A stretch of 63,843 nucleotides of DNA, the filler included, from Choristocarpus tenellus KU-1152 (Eukaryota > Protista > Phaeophyceae), in the NCBI GenBank assembly GCA_964200185.2. It is 14 parts of 14 records of this genome, joined end to end, with 100 filler letters (N's around TTAATTAATTAA, not from the genome) between each part and the next. Parts side by side here need not be neighbours in the genome. Positions count along the whole stretch, not along the records: positions 21,668 to 25,503 come from CAXNAD020017654.1; positions 25,604 to 29,010 come from CAXNAD020020243.1; positions 29,111 to 32,672 come from CAXNAD020019245.1; positions 32,773 to 37,507 come from CAXNAD020013282.1; positions 37,608 to 45,420 come from CAXNAD020005552.1; 9 more parts are not named here. One strand, 5' to 3'. The notes under the pieces are model-generated. The model saw only the letters and a list, made by a program, of their open reading frames with translations, was not told the DNA's origin and ran no database searches. Of the stretch, positions 25,438-39,099 are shown piece after piece; the stretch's first letter is position 1, and each line of letters begins with the position of its first letter. The position numbers were made by a program, and so were the translations under genes.

Positions 25438-25503
25438 ACGGGGGGGGGAAGGGGAGGGGGGGGGGGGGGGGGGGGGGGGCCGGAGAGGGGGCAGGCCTAA
25501 GTC
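23276..25503 (+). CDS. Ubiquitin-specific protease (C19) His-box exons, USP48/UBP26-like (~23276-23582, 25296 to contig end)
   Basis: YDLSCVLYHKGSNVHSGHYVAE|VKDPKTGTWVLFDDETV is the catalytic His/Asp box, split by a phase-0 GT-AG intron. Confidence 0.9.
25158..25184 (+). repeat. Interstitial (TTAGGG)4 tract in an intron
   Basis: The tract reads TTAGGGTTAGGGTTAGGGTTAGGGTTA. Shorter tracts occur near 22492, 31131, 53516 and 58509. Confidence 0.9.
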
Positions 25504-27940
25504 NNNNNNNNNNNNNNNNNNNNNNNNNNNNNNNNNNNNNNNNNNNNTTAATTAATTAANNNNNNNNNNNNNNNNNNNNNNNNNNNNNNNNNNNNNNNNN
25601 NNNCTTAAAAAGTGCCGAAACATTTCCAAAAAAAGACATATCCCGGGCCCTTACAAGTGCAAAAACATTTGCAAAAAAAAAACTTTTCGGTACTTTTTCA
25701 AGACCATTTTCGGTCGTCAACCATCCTCATAGCCCCGCTCCTTCCTCAATTCTCCAAATCCACTGTTAAAGGTAAACAGGTATTTGCAAACAAACTTATA
25801 GTTTTGCCTGTAGGACTCATCCAGTGACTGGATCTACATATATGTTGGAACTGCAGCCTGACCCGGAACCTCTCAAACAATATGGTGAAGAAAAACTGAG
25901 AAAAATGTGTATGAGGTAATGATGATGAGATGGATATTCTCCTCTTACCAGGTCCACTAGGTGAGGCTCTGCTCCAATCACCACAAAGGTCTCCTACAAT
26001 ACTCTGCTGCATAGGATTTTGCAAATGGGAAGAATGCATTGATCGCACACAGTCCTGTCCTACCAAAAAACTACCTGATGTCCTTATATTTTGTGAAGAA
26101 GACTGGGTGTGAGAGTATGAAGACAACTTTTCGAAAACAGAGACTCCTATCTATTACTATTTGCAGGTTGGGGGTACATTGCACGAATGGTGCATGAGCT
26201 ACGACCAAAGGGATTGATGTTTGGGAGGTTGGAGATGGAAAACCGAAGCATTAAGGTGGAAAGGAGGGAAAGAACGGGTGGATGTGCCTGGGAGACCACC
26301 TTGAGAAGTTTGGGATCGCAGGTGGGGATGGGATGAACCACAAGGAAGGACAAACAACAGACACAGTAGTACACCTTACATTCGATGATAGTTGATACAA
26401 TCTGATCAATAAAGACAACTTGCTATTCTAAACAATTGATACGACCTGTTGACATCACCTCTGCCTACAATCAACGGTTGCATCCCTCCATCACTTAGGC
26501 AACTCCTCCTAGCGAATGTACACATCATCATGGTCATTCTAAGAACATGCATTTTGATTTTTGTTAGCAAGCGTGACAATCTGTTGCATTCGCTAAAATG
26601 ATGGTGCTTTCGAGTACCTAGTCAGATAGCGTCCGAGGCAGATAGTTCCAACCCACTAAAAAGTAGCAACTTGTTCTAAAGCTAGCACCTTTCTGTACCT
26701 CTCCATGGAGCAGAGTGCATGATATTGCCTTCTCTTTCGAACACACCCTCATGTGGTTGTTGTAAAGAATGAATATACTTCTGAAAGTGGTGAGTAAAAA
26801 TACTACTGCATTACATACACAGCAAACGCATTAACACTATAAACAATAGAATATGGTATTTCTGGATGTTTTCTCCCTTCGTATCCAATTTCTACTACTT
26901 CAATGGGCCTAGGGTTTGAATCGCCAGGGTGTGTGACTTCTCTTGCCACCTATGGGGTATTGTTTGTAACCAGACACGTACACACACACTATTTGTAGTG
27001 TGTCTTGGGAGGTGTTGGATTGGGGGTTTGCGAATAGCAAAAGGAAGTGGAGATATAGAACCCAAGATGAACAACTTGGATTAATGAAATTGATCTAGCA
27101 TAGTTGAGAGAGCATCAAAAAGATCACACCCACACTGAACCAAATACCCACATATTGATTGTATATGTAATAATACATACATGATGTTTGTAGAGTGTCG
27201 TATACAATTCATTTTTACGCCCATAAGTTCCAGAGTTACATCTTATTATGGACAGTGAAGGGGTAACATAACTTGAAGTCAATGATCTCCACCATTCTCA
27301 TATTGATATACTACCTAGTAGATAATATCAATAACAATATCAACACCAACATCAACAATACTGTAATACAAAGCTAGTAGGATAAAAATTTACGGTTTTG
27401 AAGGCTTAGGATATGAAATCAGATTGTATATTAATGGTGACAAAGAGCAATAATAGTAGTTAGATGAACTACAACATGGACGGTTTCGAAAAAACGCCTT
27501 CCCATCAATCCGTTCAACTGGCACGTCTCCCACATCCACCTTGACCACAATCAACAATCCTCGGATATTCGTCGCTACATCAAAGGGCTGGGCAGGAGCC
27601 TGTCTTCCTTACCAACATAAAATCTGCATACTGCCAGGTGAACGTCGATTGCGGCCTCGGTTCTCGCCATCATTAACCTACTTGTGTGCCCAGTGTTTTC
27701 TACGTAGCGATATAGTCGAAACATCAACATGGTGCACGATTCACATGAACAAACCTTGACTCCGTCCCAATCTAGAACGCTTGTAGAGATTCGTCATGCC
27801 AAAGAAGTGGTCTCTAGACTCCAAATACCAGTCACTCTGCCACGAAAGATGCTTGAATCTAGAGAAGGTACTGGATTGTGGAGTAATGCCCTCATTACCA
27901 AGTTTTTGACTTTTCTTGCTCTGTCCCCTCGGGATGCAGC

Positions 27941-28576
27941 ATGGTATGGGCACCCATGAGGGCCCTCAAAGCCTTATTCGACGCCCTGTCCACCAAGATC
28001 GCCCGAACAATATGGGCAAAGCCCACCGCAACTCCAAATTCGACAAAGGCGTTCAGGATGAAGGTCTCGTTTCGATCTGCGTGGCCGAAGATCAGGGGGT
28101 TCACGAAGGGCGCAGGAAGCAAGATTAGGAGCTTCTTCAGCTCCAAGGCTAAGCAGCTCAAGGGCTTCCTCCGCCTACACCCAACAAAACCCATCAAGCC
28201 GCCATCTCGACTCGAGATATGGAAAGACCAATTCGACCAGAAGAGGTGAGAAAATCCAACAACTCACGTGGATAAGGGTCTCAGGTCGGAAATCATATCA
28301 TACCATTGACAAGACACTTACCAAACATTTTCCGACAACATTTCACTCCCCCACAGGTCTTATATCGAGAAGTCAGTGTCGGAGCTCACCAGGTTCGTGC
28401 ACATTCCAGCACCACAATCTCTCCTCTGCCCGAAACATCAACCGTGCAGTTGGAGAGAGGTGGTAGGAAGAAGTGTTGACATCTCCGCAGCATCTACGGT
28501 TCTCGTGACCGTTCTTACTGTGGCGGCGTACTACCTGGGACTCATGAGGCGCAGGAGTTCAAAGCGTGCAATTAAG
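27941..28576 (+). CDS. Uncharacterised basic protein with a C-proximal TM segment (exons 27941-28245, 28357-28576)
   Basis: A K/R-rich ORF is joined by a phase-2 GT-AG intron to an exon containing VLVTVLTVAAYYLGLMRRR. Confidence 0.6.
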
Positions 28577-29980
28577 GTAGGCCAAACAATCTACATACAA
28601 CTGAGCAAAATGTTCAAACATGACTTCTTCACTCTGCTCTCATGCTCTCACTCTTAATGAGGATTCGGTCACACCTTGACCACGAAACTGTTATGGTGTG
28701 TAGATTGAAATCATGCCTTCCCCAAGTACTGAATAGAAGATTCCACTCCTCTCCCTCAAGCGCATTGTTGTGGATGTGTCATGAGTAATGACATCACTCA
28801 CTGTCTGCCTTCCTCAAAAGAAGTCTGGCTACCAGCACCAGTTGTACTGATTCTACAGGCTTAGCCTTTGAGGTCAGACCTGGGTCCACAACTTGTATTA
28901 CACTTTGGCAAACAAAACACATCGACAGAACTCCCTACCTTCTTTTCCATATTTATTGCTTCCCTCCCCCTGCCCCCCCCCTCTCCAGCACCATCAAAAA
29001 CACCCACCAANNNNNNNNNNNNNNNNNNNNNNNNNNNNNNNNNNNNNNNNNNNNTTAATTAATTAANNNNNNNNNNNNNNNNNNNNNNNNNNNNNNNNNN
29101 NNNNNNNNNNGAATGGGGGGGGGCTAGGGGGGCGAGTGTAGGGTGTATTGAAAAGAAAAAAAAGGTAGTGGCATGTGACGGGCGATTTGATTTGCTTTTG
29201 TTGTGTTGAATGATTATTGCGATCAGCAGTAGTTTGCCTGATTGGATGTTATGAATCGGTTCCATTTCTCTGAAGTTATGTTTGTTTAGTCGGTTTGTTT
29301 CTTCCCACGATATTCCTGGACGTATGTAGATGTGCCCTAACCCTCTCGACGCCACAGTAAAAAAAACAATCCCGCAATGCATTTATTTTTTTGCTGTAGC
29401 AAATAGTGGGGATGTAAGGACTGCTCAAGGATGTGGTTGAAGAAGTAGAGGCACCGCTGCGTGGTCGGCCCCACAGCATCCTGTAAGCTTTACCGGAGAA
29501 GTAGCCATCCAGTCCCATGGTGCACTGTAAAAGTCCACAGCTTGTGCTCGGCTTGTAGAGCAGTCGTTGAGAATTTTAATTTATTTTTGTCCATTTTCTA
29601 CACAATTTAACAATTTTTTTATTTCTTGTTCATTAAAAAAAATTGAATGAAAAGAGACGGTAGATTGATGTATGCGATTCCTTGCATCTCTTGCGCGTGC
29701 GCTTGTTTAAATTGTAGATTTTGAAAAAAAGAAGTTTTGATCCCCTCTTCCCTCATCCGCTCCTTGCTTTTTGCCTTCCACCTCTTGCGTTTTCTATGTT
29801 GAGTTGAAGTGTTGACGAGATTTTTTTTCTATTTTTTGTTTTGTAGAGTATGGTGGCGTGTATGTTCTGCAGAAGTGACTTTTCCCTCAATTATGTGTGT
29901 GTGTTTTTTTTTACCTCTTACTGATTTCACGTTTTTTTGGTTGGAAAGAGAGAAGAAACAGTAGACTTGCTTGTGGACCA

Positions 29981-32672
29981 GACCCCTTCTTTTTGGTACT
30001 ACACCTCCGTGAGAAGGTGTACCTTCATCCTGCACCTGATCCTGGAACTTTCGATCTCTTACCCATCCTTGAACTTTCGATCAAGGGATGTCTTGATGCA
30101 TTTTTCTCCAAGGAGCGACTTCGAGGTGCAAATGAGTATGAGTGTGAGGGGTGTGAGGCCAAGATGGAAGCAGGTGAGCAGCGGGTAGTGCCTGCACATG
30201 CTACGTCATGCTGTTTTCCTGTCACGTAGTAATTCTGCTCTGTGGTGTGTCTGTGGCGGGATGTAGTAGAAATGTTTTTTGAGATGAGAGAGAGAGAGAC
30301 GGTGTACTTTGTGCCTGTCCGCTCTGTATGTGTGGTGTTACGAGCCGATCCAATTGGTTACTCCCAAAGTGCTTGCTACTGTTGGTATACTCTTGTGATT
30401 AACTTGTGAGCTGGAATGAATTGGGTAAGAACAGACACTAGACACCAGACGGCCCCGGCTGTGCATAGAATTTCCCTTGCACCGAGTAAGGTGTCTGTTT
30501 GCCCTGAAGGTAATGACCTTGGGAGGCGTGGTGGTTTTTGATTAGTTAGAGGTTGAGTGGGATCCGGGGCAGAGGGACGGCGAGTACGCTCAAGTTTAAC
30601 TAGATAAGAAGAAAAATAGTTTACTCTTTTTATTTGGCTAGGGTAAGGGTGAAGTACTGGGTGGTGTGGTCCGTTGCTGAGTTGAAGTCTGCAGTCATAG
30701 AAAGAGGATGTGAGTTGGTGCTCCCAGCATCAACAGGGTAGTATTTTCTTGAGTCAGGTTTTGGTCCCCTTGTGATGATGGTACTCCAAATCTTGTTGGT
30801 TTTTTTTCTAGAGAGGGTGGGTTTTTGGCACTGCTGTGTCATATGGTGTGTAGAACAGTATTGTGGTGGGGTTTTTTTAAGTAGCAGTTTTTTGGAAAAA
30901 GGTTTGTTTCGACTTGTAACTGTCATTGGAGGGTGCTTGAAAAATTTTGGAAGGTGGTGCATGGGAAAATGTTTTCTTTTTTGGTCATTTTTTGTTTTGT
31001 TTTGTACATGTAATGCTAGTATTGAGGTGGACGAATGAATCCCTCGATTTGAGTTTTTTTTTGTTAAAGGAAAAAAGAAAAAATACCTTTCGACAATTTG
31101 TAGTTTGGGAGTTTTTATTTGACTTCGATCGGGTTAGGGGTGAGGGTTAGTCTTTCTGGTGGCCGAGAGTAGCCTGTAGTGTATTGGTCTGTCTGTGTGA
31201 CCCTCTACCCAATATGAACCCTTGATTGGATGGTGTCATGGTGCATTCAATAAAGGCTTCGCCTTCAATCAAACGTTCTCGATCTTGTGGATGTTTGCTT
31301 CTTTGAGAGTGAGACAGTAAAGAGAAAGTAACGGCCAGCTCACTGCGCAAGAGCTTCACGAGTACCTTTTTTTGGATAATGACGTGGATGTTTCCCCTGC
31401 CAGCTGCTTTACAAGGTACACCTCTTTGTGTGTGGACAGATGTCACCGGCGATATAAGAAAAAAGAACTTCCCCGAACAGACCTGACCTCTTGACAGTAC
31501 ATGGTGTTACAGATACCCCCACCGTGCGCTTATAATTTTTTTTTTTGCTGAGTTCAGTTTATGATGACAAGGGGGGTCAGGGTCAAGGTTGGTACGACCT
31601 GTGCAACACTATTGTTGCTTCCAAGTGTTGTGATTTCTTTCCTTTTTCTTTTTTTTGTTTTCCTGTTGATGTATGTAGGTCCCAGAGGTCCTCCAGGAGG
31701 TGATTCTAAACCACCCTGCAGCAGCCCTTGCTCTATGTATCTTTTGTTTTGGCATTGGCTTTGGTTTGGTTTGGTTAGCTCTCGATTGATTGTGGTACAG
31801 TTGTGTCTGATGGGTGGGTGTACCTACGGCCCTGTTTTTGTGGACATTGCAGATAAGACGATGAGCATGCTTCATGCCCCAGAAGTACTGATCCTGCATG
31901 TCAAGAGGTTTGGAAGGGGTCTGTTCTGGAGTCACAAGGTTCACAGCAGGTACGGTGTTGGATGCTGCTGTATCCTCTCTGATCATCTCGACAGTAGGGT
32001 TAGTGGTTGGTTTGCCAACGGCTTGCTCTCTGCTCTGTACCCATCCACCTACTTGTCCACATGCCTACCTTTACTGTTTAGTTCCCTTACGATTGATCGA
32101 ACTTATTGAGAGGGATTGAGGTTTGAGGGTCATCTGTGGTGAGCGCTTTTTTTTGGAGGAGATAGTTTTTGGACTTTTGTTGTGTCCCGTGATCTTCATC
32201 GCTTCAGATTTTTGTCTGCAGTGTAGTTGTATGATAGGTTTTATAGACCTTGGTGGGTTATATGAAACAGCTGGTGTGTAGTATGCAACGTAGTAGTAGA
32301 AAAGATTTTATAGACCTCGATGCGTGCTATAAAGCAGCTAGTGTGTAGTATTAATGTAGTAGTATAATAGGTTTTACAGACCTTGGTGCGTGCTATGAAA
32401 CATCTAGTGTGTAGTATGTAACGTCGATGTGGACGCATGTGCCTTGTTGACCTGACTGAAATGCATTTTTCCCTCTCCCTTCACTGCTTTGATTGATCCT
32501 TTCATTGCAGGGTATCATTCCCGTTGGAGGAGTTGGACATATCCCCATGGCTCACCTCTTCTTTAGATGGGTGTTCCCAGGATTCTGCTCAGAATGAGGC
32601 AAGAAAAAAGAGCAAGGGGGGTGGGGGAGCAGATGTAACTGAGGGTGGGAAGGGGGGCAATGGTGGACGGGG
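29981..32672 (+). CDS. Ubiquitin-specific protease, USP20/33-like central exons (~29981-30173, 31853-31949, 32511 to contig end)
   Basis: The joined peptide is LSIKGCLDAFFSKERLRGANEYECEGC...PEVLILHVKRF...KVHSRVSFPLEELDISPW. Phases 1 and 2 are consistent. Confidence 0.9.
32221..32422. repeat. Intronic minisatellite, about three units of ~60-67 bp
   Basis: TTTTA(T/C)AGACCT.G.TG...TAT.AA.CAGCT.GTGTGTAGTAT recurs. Confidence 0.85.
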
Positions 32673-32897
32673 NNNNNNNNNNNNNNNNNNNNNNNNNNNN
32701 NNNNNNNNNNNNNNNNTTAATTAATTAANNNNNNNNNNNNNNNNNNNNNNNNNNNNNNNNNNNNNNNNNNNNCCCCTATTCTATCACGGAACAGGATGCA
32801 TCTTCAAGATGCATTAATCAACTGGGAGAAGGATCTGCTCCCCACCAAAAAGACCCAGTCAATACGATGGGGACGAATTGGTTCAAAATGTACTTAC

Positions 32898-33390
32898 TGA
32901 GGTTGATGTTGAAGCGATCCATAGGCCTGCTGCTACTCCTATCGTGCAGAATGGGGAAAGTGCAGAACAATATCACCGACTTCGCTGATTGACCTTAATT
33001 GGTCCTGAACCTCAAGGAAATTAGATTGAGGTTTGCAGGGTCCTGCTCTCCCAGTTGTAAATGTGCAGATACACTCCGTAGACTTCCTATTCCTGAAGGA
33101 AGTCAAGACTCAACCAAAATAGAAGTCAGGAGAAGAAAGGAGTTGTGAGCCTCACAAGGCTCCCCTTTGCTAGAGTGTGAGAGTCACATGTTGTGGAAAT
33201 TGGAAGAGTGACTGATGTGCACACTTGGTGACGTGTCTTTTATCAGTATTTATCTATATAATATTTTTTCATCAACACATCATATAAAAATAATCTATGT
33301 GTGCACATATTTTGTCTTACAGCATGCTCCAAAGCTTACCTCCACAGGATGTATAGCTCCAATCCACAGGTCTATAGATGGTCCTGATGC
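32898..33390 (-). CDS. Putative small exons of an uncharacterised gene (33340-33390, 33011-33092, 32898-32938)
   Basis: Three phase-consistent GT-AG-bounded segments give IRTIYRPVDWSYTSCGGIGSLRSVSAHLQLGEQDPANLNLISLRSSSRPMDRFNINL. No domain is recognised. Confidence 0.35.
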
Positions 33391-33600
33391 CTGCATAGCA
33401 CTCTTGAGATGCTCCGACAGTCACAAAGGTCCAATGAGGATAGTGAATATCAGGTCAGCAGATGAAGGTATAATATCATTCAATATAAGTGTACGACTTA
33501 TGGATTAAAATAGAGAGGTGGAAGTCACTGACAATAATCCATTTCGAGTTTACAGACCCTGCAATACATCTGAAAACTATTTTACTCTTAAGTAGCAGAT

Positions 33601-33716
33601 CTTACTCTGCAACATCTAGCAAATCGGAGTTCCCCCTTTTGGGGTTCCACTCGCGCGTTTACAGCTCGCACTGTTTAGAGCGCGAGAGGAAATACTTTGG
33701 CTATTCGCGTGTAACA
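33601..33716 (-). repeat. LTR-like dispersed repeat (copy 2)
   Basis: Homologous to 7166-7283 and shares the TGTTAC start. Confidence 0.6.
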
Positions 33717-33868
33717 TGTACTTGTTAGTATATTGGTCAGAAGAAAAATACCACTATGAATACTGTATCAGTAGGTTAACTTAAATACCAATAAATTACG
33801 AGTCTGAATACGATGCTTTCTTATTGACAAGTCCAAAAAGTATCGAAGGCTAGATACATTTGAATTAA

Positions 33869-34047
33869 GGGTCAAAGTATCTGGGGGGGGTATCGGCCTC
33901 CGTTTTTCACCATTTTTTCGATTTTCCCTTTTTTTTGTGTGATTTGGTCGCACGTGTCGGATTTGAAATGTCAGCAAGAGAAATAGTTGTTTGACCGAAA
34001 CGGACGCCCCCTCACAAACCACCCCCTCCCCCCAGATACTTTGACCC
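33869..34047 (+). mobile_element. MITE family C, full 179-bp copy
   Basis: The TIR GGGTCAAAGTATCTGGGGGG / CCCCCCAGATACTTTGACCC is perfect. Flanks are TTAA/TTTA. Confidence 0.95.
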
Positions 34048-34385
34048 TTTAAACCTGACTCAAGCCCCACAACAACCCTGCCCAATCAAGCGAATAATGA
34101 GCGTTGTAATCGACTTCGTAGGTAAGCCGTGGTGTAGGGATACGAATTGCAAATAATTTCGGCTCTAACAGTGGGTACTGTGTTGCTGTCCAGTCATATG
34201 CCTTTCTGGAAGAATGCGGTAGGGTAGGTCAACGATGCTACCATAGCGCTAAACGTAAGAGAAAGTCGGAAACTCGAGAATCCTTGGGAAACAAGCTATC
34301 CCAGATGGAACAATTGAAAACATCTTCCTTCACTTAGTGTGTCGTGAATTTCTCCTACAGAATTCGAGGAAGAAGATCGTCACAG

Positions 34386-35565
34386 ATGGCTTTTTTTCTG
34401 GGCGATGAGGAAAGTAGTAGGGACAGTGGGACATATGAGTCTCAAATCCTGGAGAAAGGTGGCGTTTACCCAGGTAACACTCGTGAGTTCCTCCACGTAA
34501 TTCACTGTTTCATCTCTGTGGATCCTATTTCCCTTCCCCTTTCTGTACTACTAACCACATGCTTAACCACATGCTTCACTCTATTTATATGAAAGAGTAT
34601 TTTGACCATCTCTCGTCTGTTGTCAAATGAGTCGTACATGCCAGGAGACATCCAAGCATCAAACATAGAGAGAGGTGAGAGATCATTAATTAGATTCACC
34701 ACGTATCCACTAAGGGTAGGTTGTTGAGACCCCTCACTGGTCATTAGGTCATTGAGAACTAACTTCAAGAGTAGTTAAGGTAGTTCTACGTTGTGAGCAC
34801 CATATAATTAGTTGGTGACTAGTAAATTATAATTAATCTCGATTATTTTCTAAACATGTCTGGAATTTTCCAGGGTATTTGTCTCTAATAAGAGTCGATC
34901 GGGAAATAAACCCCTCATTGCTAACATACCTTTAAGACTAGAAATCACAAAAAATATTAAAAACAATTATAGTACAATATATTATTTTTTCATTCAGACA
35001 AATATTTTCAACATTTTCCCTTTCACTTTCAACAGTCACAACGGAGAAATCAAGACCCAAAAAGGAGGTCTTGTCACTTGACATTCCACTTACCTGTTGT
35101 CTTGGAGTGTCTCATAGTCTTGTGAAATTAGTGGGTCGTCGACCCCAAGCAGCGTAGTCGTTTGTCGTAAGGATCTGTTCGCAGTTGCTGAAATCGGCAT
35201 TCGTGTGCTCCCTCAAAGGGGTGCGTCCCTGGAAGAATTCCTAAGGTAGGTCCAACCCAGATTCTGTCCCATATTGCCCGAAGTTGGATCCTTCATTGGT
35301 CATGTCGACTGACGGGGGGGGGATACCGCAAGCAATTATGGAATCAGGCACTGTTGGAGGGATGGATGGGAGGAATGGTGATGCGGGGGAAGGGGGAGTG
35401 TGGTCTCAGGAAGCAGCAGGAAGATCTGCGGGGGGTGGGGAAATGAGTTTGGACGCTGCTTTCAAGCTCGATGTACAGGAGGGGGCAACCGTCGTTACCA
35501 CATTCCCTTTCTTCGGAGATACAGAGGGTGGGCAGCTCAGCTTCCAGATCGGAGACAACATTACG
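34386..35565 (+). CDS. SH3-domain protein, first exons (34386-34473, 35261-35565)
   Basis: A phase-1 join is followed by TVVTTFPFFGDTEGGQLSFQIGDNIT, which matches the first half of an SH3 domain (ALYDF...ELSF..GD.I). Confidence 0.65.
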
Positions 35566-36399
35566 GCGAGTTTGTCGGGATTTGGAAGTTGTCGGAGTTT
35601 TGCGTTGGGCATCCTCCGTATACGACCTAACAACCTAAACAACTCAAACACATGAAATATGAACGTGCTCATCCCTGAACACATGCCTTCCTCTCAAGGT
35701 AGTCGTGATATTGATGACATTGGGCTGTATTCAACCCCTTGAATGGCCAACCAACTTTCGCCAGTAGTTTCTCAACTTTTACTCCAGGATGTCAAGATTC
35801 GGAATGAGTCCTGAAGGCGATGTCTTTTTAACATCTAATTTTGGAGACGGCACGACTCCTTTAAGCGGTTTTATAGTCGCGGATAATCGTGCAAAGTAGA
35901 CACAAGAAGTTTTAGAGTGCGCATGCAACTCCACCGTCGCTGTAGAGCACAAAAACACCTTATATTTATCTAATTCTACAGTCATTTCGCCTCCAATGCC
36001 CCCTAAACTTCAGTAGTTGCCGTAGTTCACGTGAACCGAGTGGCAGAGTGACCGTTTTCTTGGGTGGGCTGGGATCCATTATTGGTATGAAACAATGTTT
36101 GCGTTCAATCTACTATAATGTGTTTGCTGTCCACGAAGGCATGCCTAGGTTTATTTACACCATCTGTAGAGTAAAAGGGAGGATAAAATGAAAATGACTC
36201 GCGGTGCGAGGTCATCTGCAGTGGCCATGTTTGTTGTGGACTGATTGGTGGGGGGTTAGGACTGTGGTACATATTGACTTTGGGCTTGGTCGTGTGCACG
36301 AGGTAAAGAGTAGAGTTTAGGAATAAAAAATGGGCCCAAGTTAGGTCACGAGAGTGTTGTGCATTTGTTTATATACTCTTTCAAGTGGGCTCCATTCAA

Positions 36400-37420
36400 G
36401 ATTGTATTTTGATTTGGTTATTGCGCATTTGATTCAGGTCCAGTCTTTAAAGTTTTTTTCTCTTTTGAGAAGTTTTGTTGCTTAAAGATATGCACAGACT
36501 GATGTCCCACAATATGTATACCACATACGGTATATCCTTCTTTTCTTTTTATGGGTTTGTACACATTTTATTTGAAGCTGTTATTATTTGAAGCATCTAA
36601 TGCCTTTTTTTATGAGGTTTAGAGTCACAGATATGTGGTGCTGCTTTTTATCTTTACAAGGCTGCTCCTTCTGTGCTGTCGTTTTTGTCTAGGCTAGCAT
36701 TTTTATGGTAGCTCTCGGGACAAGAGTATTTTGACATTCGGGTAGAGAACATGACTAAGTTGACTCTTTTGTGGTAGCAGAATTGTCCTAGAAAAATAAA
36801 ATAGTAGTTGAGTTTTGTTGCTGATGAAGAAATCATTGGTGCAGTCTTTTGAACTGCTGAGGTTAAAACCAGGTTGAACCCAGGAGTGGGAGAGGCACTG
36901 TGCTTAGAAGTCTTAAGTTTTTCAAGGTTGCTCTATTTATCATTATCATTATTTCATGTTTTTTATAGGCAAGTCCAAGTTAAGGCAGGCGTTTGAAGTG
37001 ACAAGTGTTGTTGTAGATAATGAAAGTGGCTGTGTGGTAGGTGAAATGCCTACTGTAGTAGGGATTGTTTTCACCATGTATCGTATCTAAAGAAATTGAT
37101 TTTTACTTTGACGTTTTGATCACCACTTCATGATGACTGTTAATGGTGTGTTTGTATGTGATCCCAAGTACTTAGGGTCATTTTTTTTTTCTGATAATGA
37201 TGTTCAGTTTGGGTTTAGTGATAGCACCTGTATTATTCATTCCAAGGTTTACATTATTTTTTAGGTGACTGAAGCTCTTTTTCAGAGTATCACAGTATAT
37301 TGCCCAAACTTTATTGGTCGGGATATGATATATTTTGCTGTGTTGTTGCTGTTGGAGGTAGAACAAAATGTGGCCGGCCAATTGATTGATCACAGGCTTG
37401 TTCAGTTTATTTTTTGGGAT
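36400..37420 (-). mobile_element. Highly decayed LINE-like reverse transcriptase remnant
   Basis: A KYLG motif lies near 37170, preceded by NLGMNN...TKPKL, in stop-riddled A-rich sequence. Confidence 0.3.
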
Positions 37421-37607
37421 TAATCTGAGCTTTCAGTATGATTGAAGTCTCAGTGGGGGGGGGGGAGGATAGTGTGGGGATGGGGGAGGGATCATGAGCA
37501 CATCTCANNNNNNNNNNNNNNNNNNNNNNNNNNNNNNNNNNNNNNNNNNNNTTAATTAATTAANNNNNNNNNNNNNNNNNNNNNNNNNNNNNNNNNNNNN
37601 NNNNNNN

Positions 37608-37657
37608 CCCCAATGGACAGCCGCCCCCCCCCCCCCCCCCCCCAGATACTCTTAGCC
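37608..37657 (+). mobile_element. MITE family B right end at contig start
   Basis: Reads CCAATGGACAGCCG(C)nAGATACTCTTAGCC. Confidence 0.8.
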
Positions 37658-39099
37658 TGATGTCACACATTTCATGGGATCCTCACCTGATCACAGAATT
37701 CTTCTCCATGCGCTTCTGGGCAACCTTTCTCCAGGCCAATCTCTTCCTTTCTACACATTGAATTACAATAGCACTTCTGTGGTAAGATTGGCAACAAGAA
37801 GAGAAGAAAAAACGTCCACTGATGATTTATCTCATATATATTGGGAAAAGGATCATGTTTCCCATGGGGGAGGAACTATACATCCTCGGGCATTGACAAA
37901 TGCATAGTGCAATAAGTTACAGAATTGAGTTTCATATCCCGACACTGGCAAGGTGACAGAAACATCCTCATTCCAGACATGGCACCAGACAAAGTCACAG
38001 CAGACCTCAATAATCACCCATTTAATCCCAAGTAGTATAAATTCCAAGTGTGACATTTGAGCTGATTTGTTTGTATCTTGTGCTGTGGGGAAAATTCTAG
38101 TTCCCTTTGTGTCAGACCCCAATGTTGGACCATTGAATTTACAGTCGAGAGACACTTGTGATCCCCCAATCCATGCATAGTGTCGATTGGAAGCCTCTTA
38201 GAGATTTGAACAAGGGAAGTAGAGAGCCTCAGTGAGAAGAGAACAAAAAAAAACAACAACAGAGTCTGTTGGGTAAATTTGTCTAACCTCTCTCTTACTG
38301 ACCGACTCAGCATATGTTTCTACCAGTTCAGAACCAAACTTCTCCCAAATGGGACCCATATGCAGTCAGGTGCATAACCCCAACAAAGTAACCTCAACAG
38401 CTGAAAGAGAATAATACATGTAGACAACGGAGCACATAATTGGGGGGGCATTAGCATTCCTGCTGGCTTTTACAGCTCATTCACCCTCCTGAAGAAATCG
38501 TAAAGCTCTCAAGGTTACATATATCCCACAGGCACAGTAGGAAATTTCTTCTGTAGACAGAGATCGCAACAAGTGGCGGCACTTGATAGGTAATCACACA
38601 TTATGACTAGAACAAAAGGAAGGCACCCTAGAGAACGATGCTGATCATTGCCAACCTAGAGAGGGAAATCCCCATCGCAACAAGCATCCATAGGTATATT
38701 AGTTAGGCATTGATCAATATCTCGAGAAATTGGCAAGTTTATAGCACACCATATGATTTCTGGGATATGCTTGGATTAATACTGTGTTGGGAATCAGGGG
38801 GGGGTATTGGCAAGCCCGTAAATGTGGTTCCAGCAATTGCTGCCACGAAATCGTTTGTCAGGATGGTCAGATGTTAAAACCGGAAACAGTAATTGCGTAA
38901 GGTAGTTGCACAATGCCACCAGCAGTATCTTACAGCATTGTACTATCCCATAGACCAAAATGGTGCAATGCTTCCAACCTTGGTTTGAGAAAAAGATCTA
39001 CTATTTGTAGTATAGCACGAAGTATCTACCCAGCAAGAAAGTACCCTGGAGACATAGCGCATGATGGCATTCCATTGGCAAGTATTGCAACCCCACTTC

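Noticed and set aside
26900-26960. B-box-like GGTTTGAATCGC suggesting a tRNA or SINE
   Set aside because: No cloverleaf or A box was found.
23276-32672. The two USP fragments as one gene or a gene cluster
   Set aside because: They are on different contigs and resemble different subfamilies (USP48-like and USP20/33-like). Their adjacency is an artefact of concatenation.
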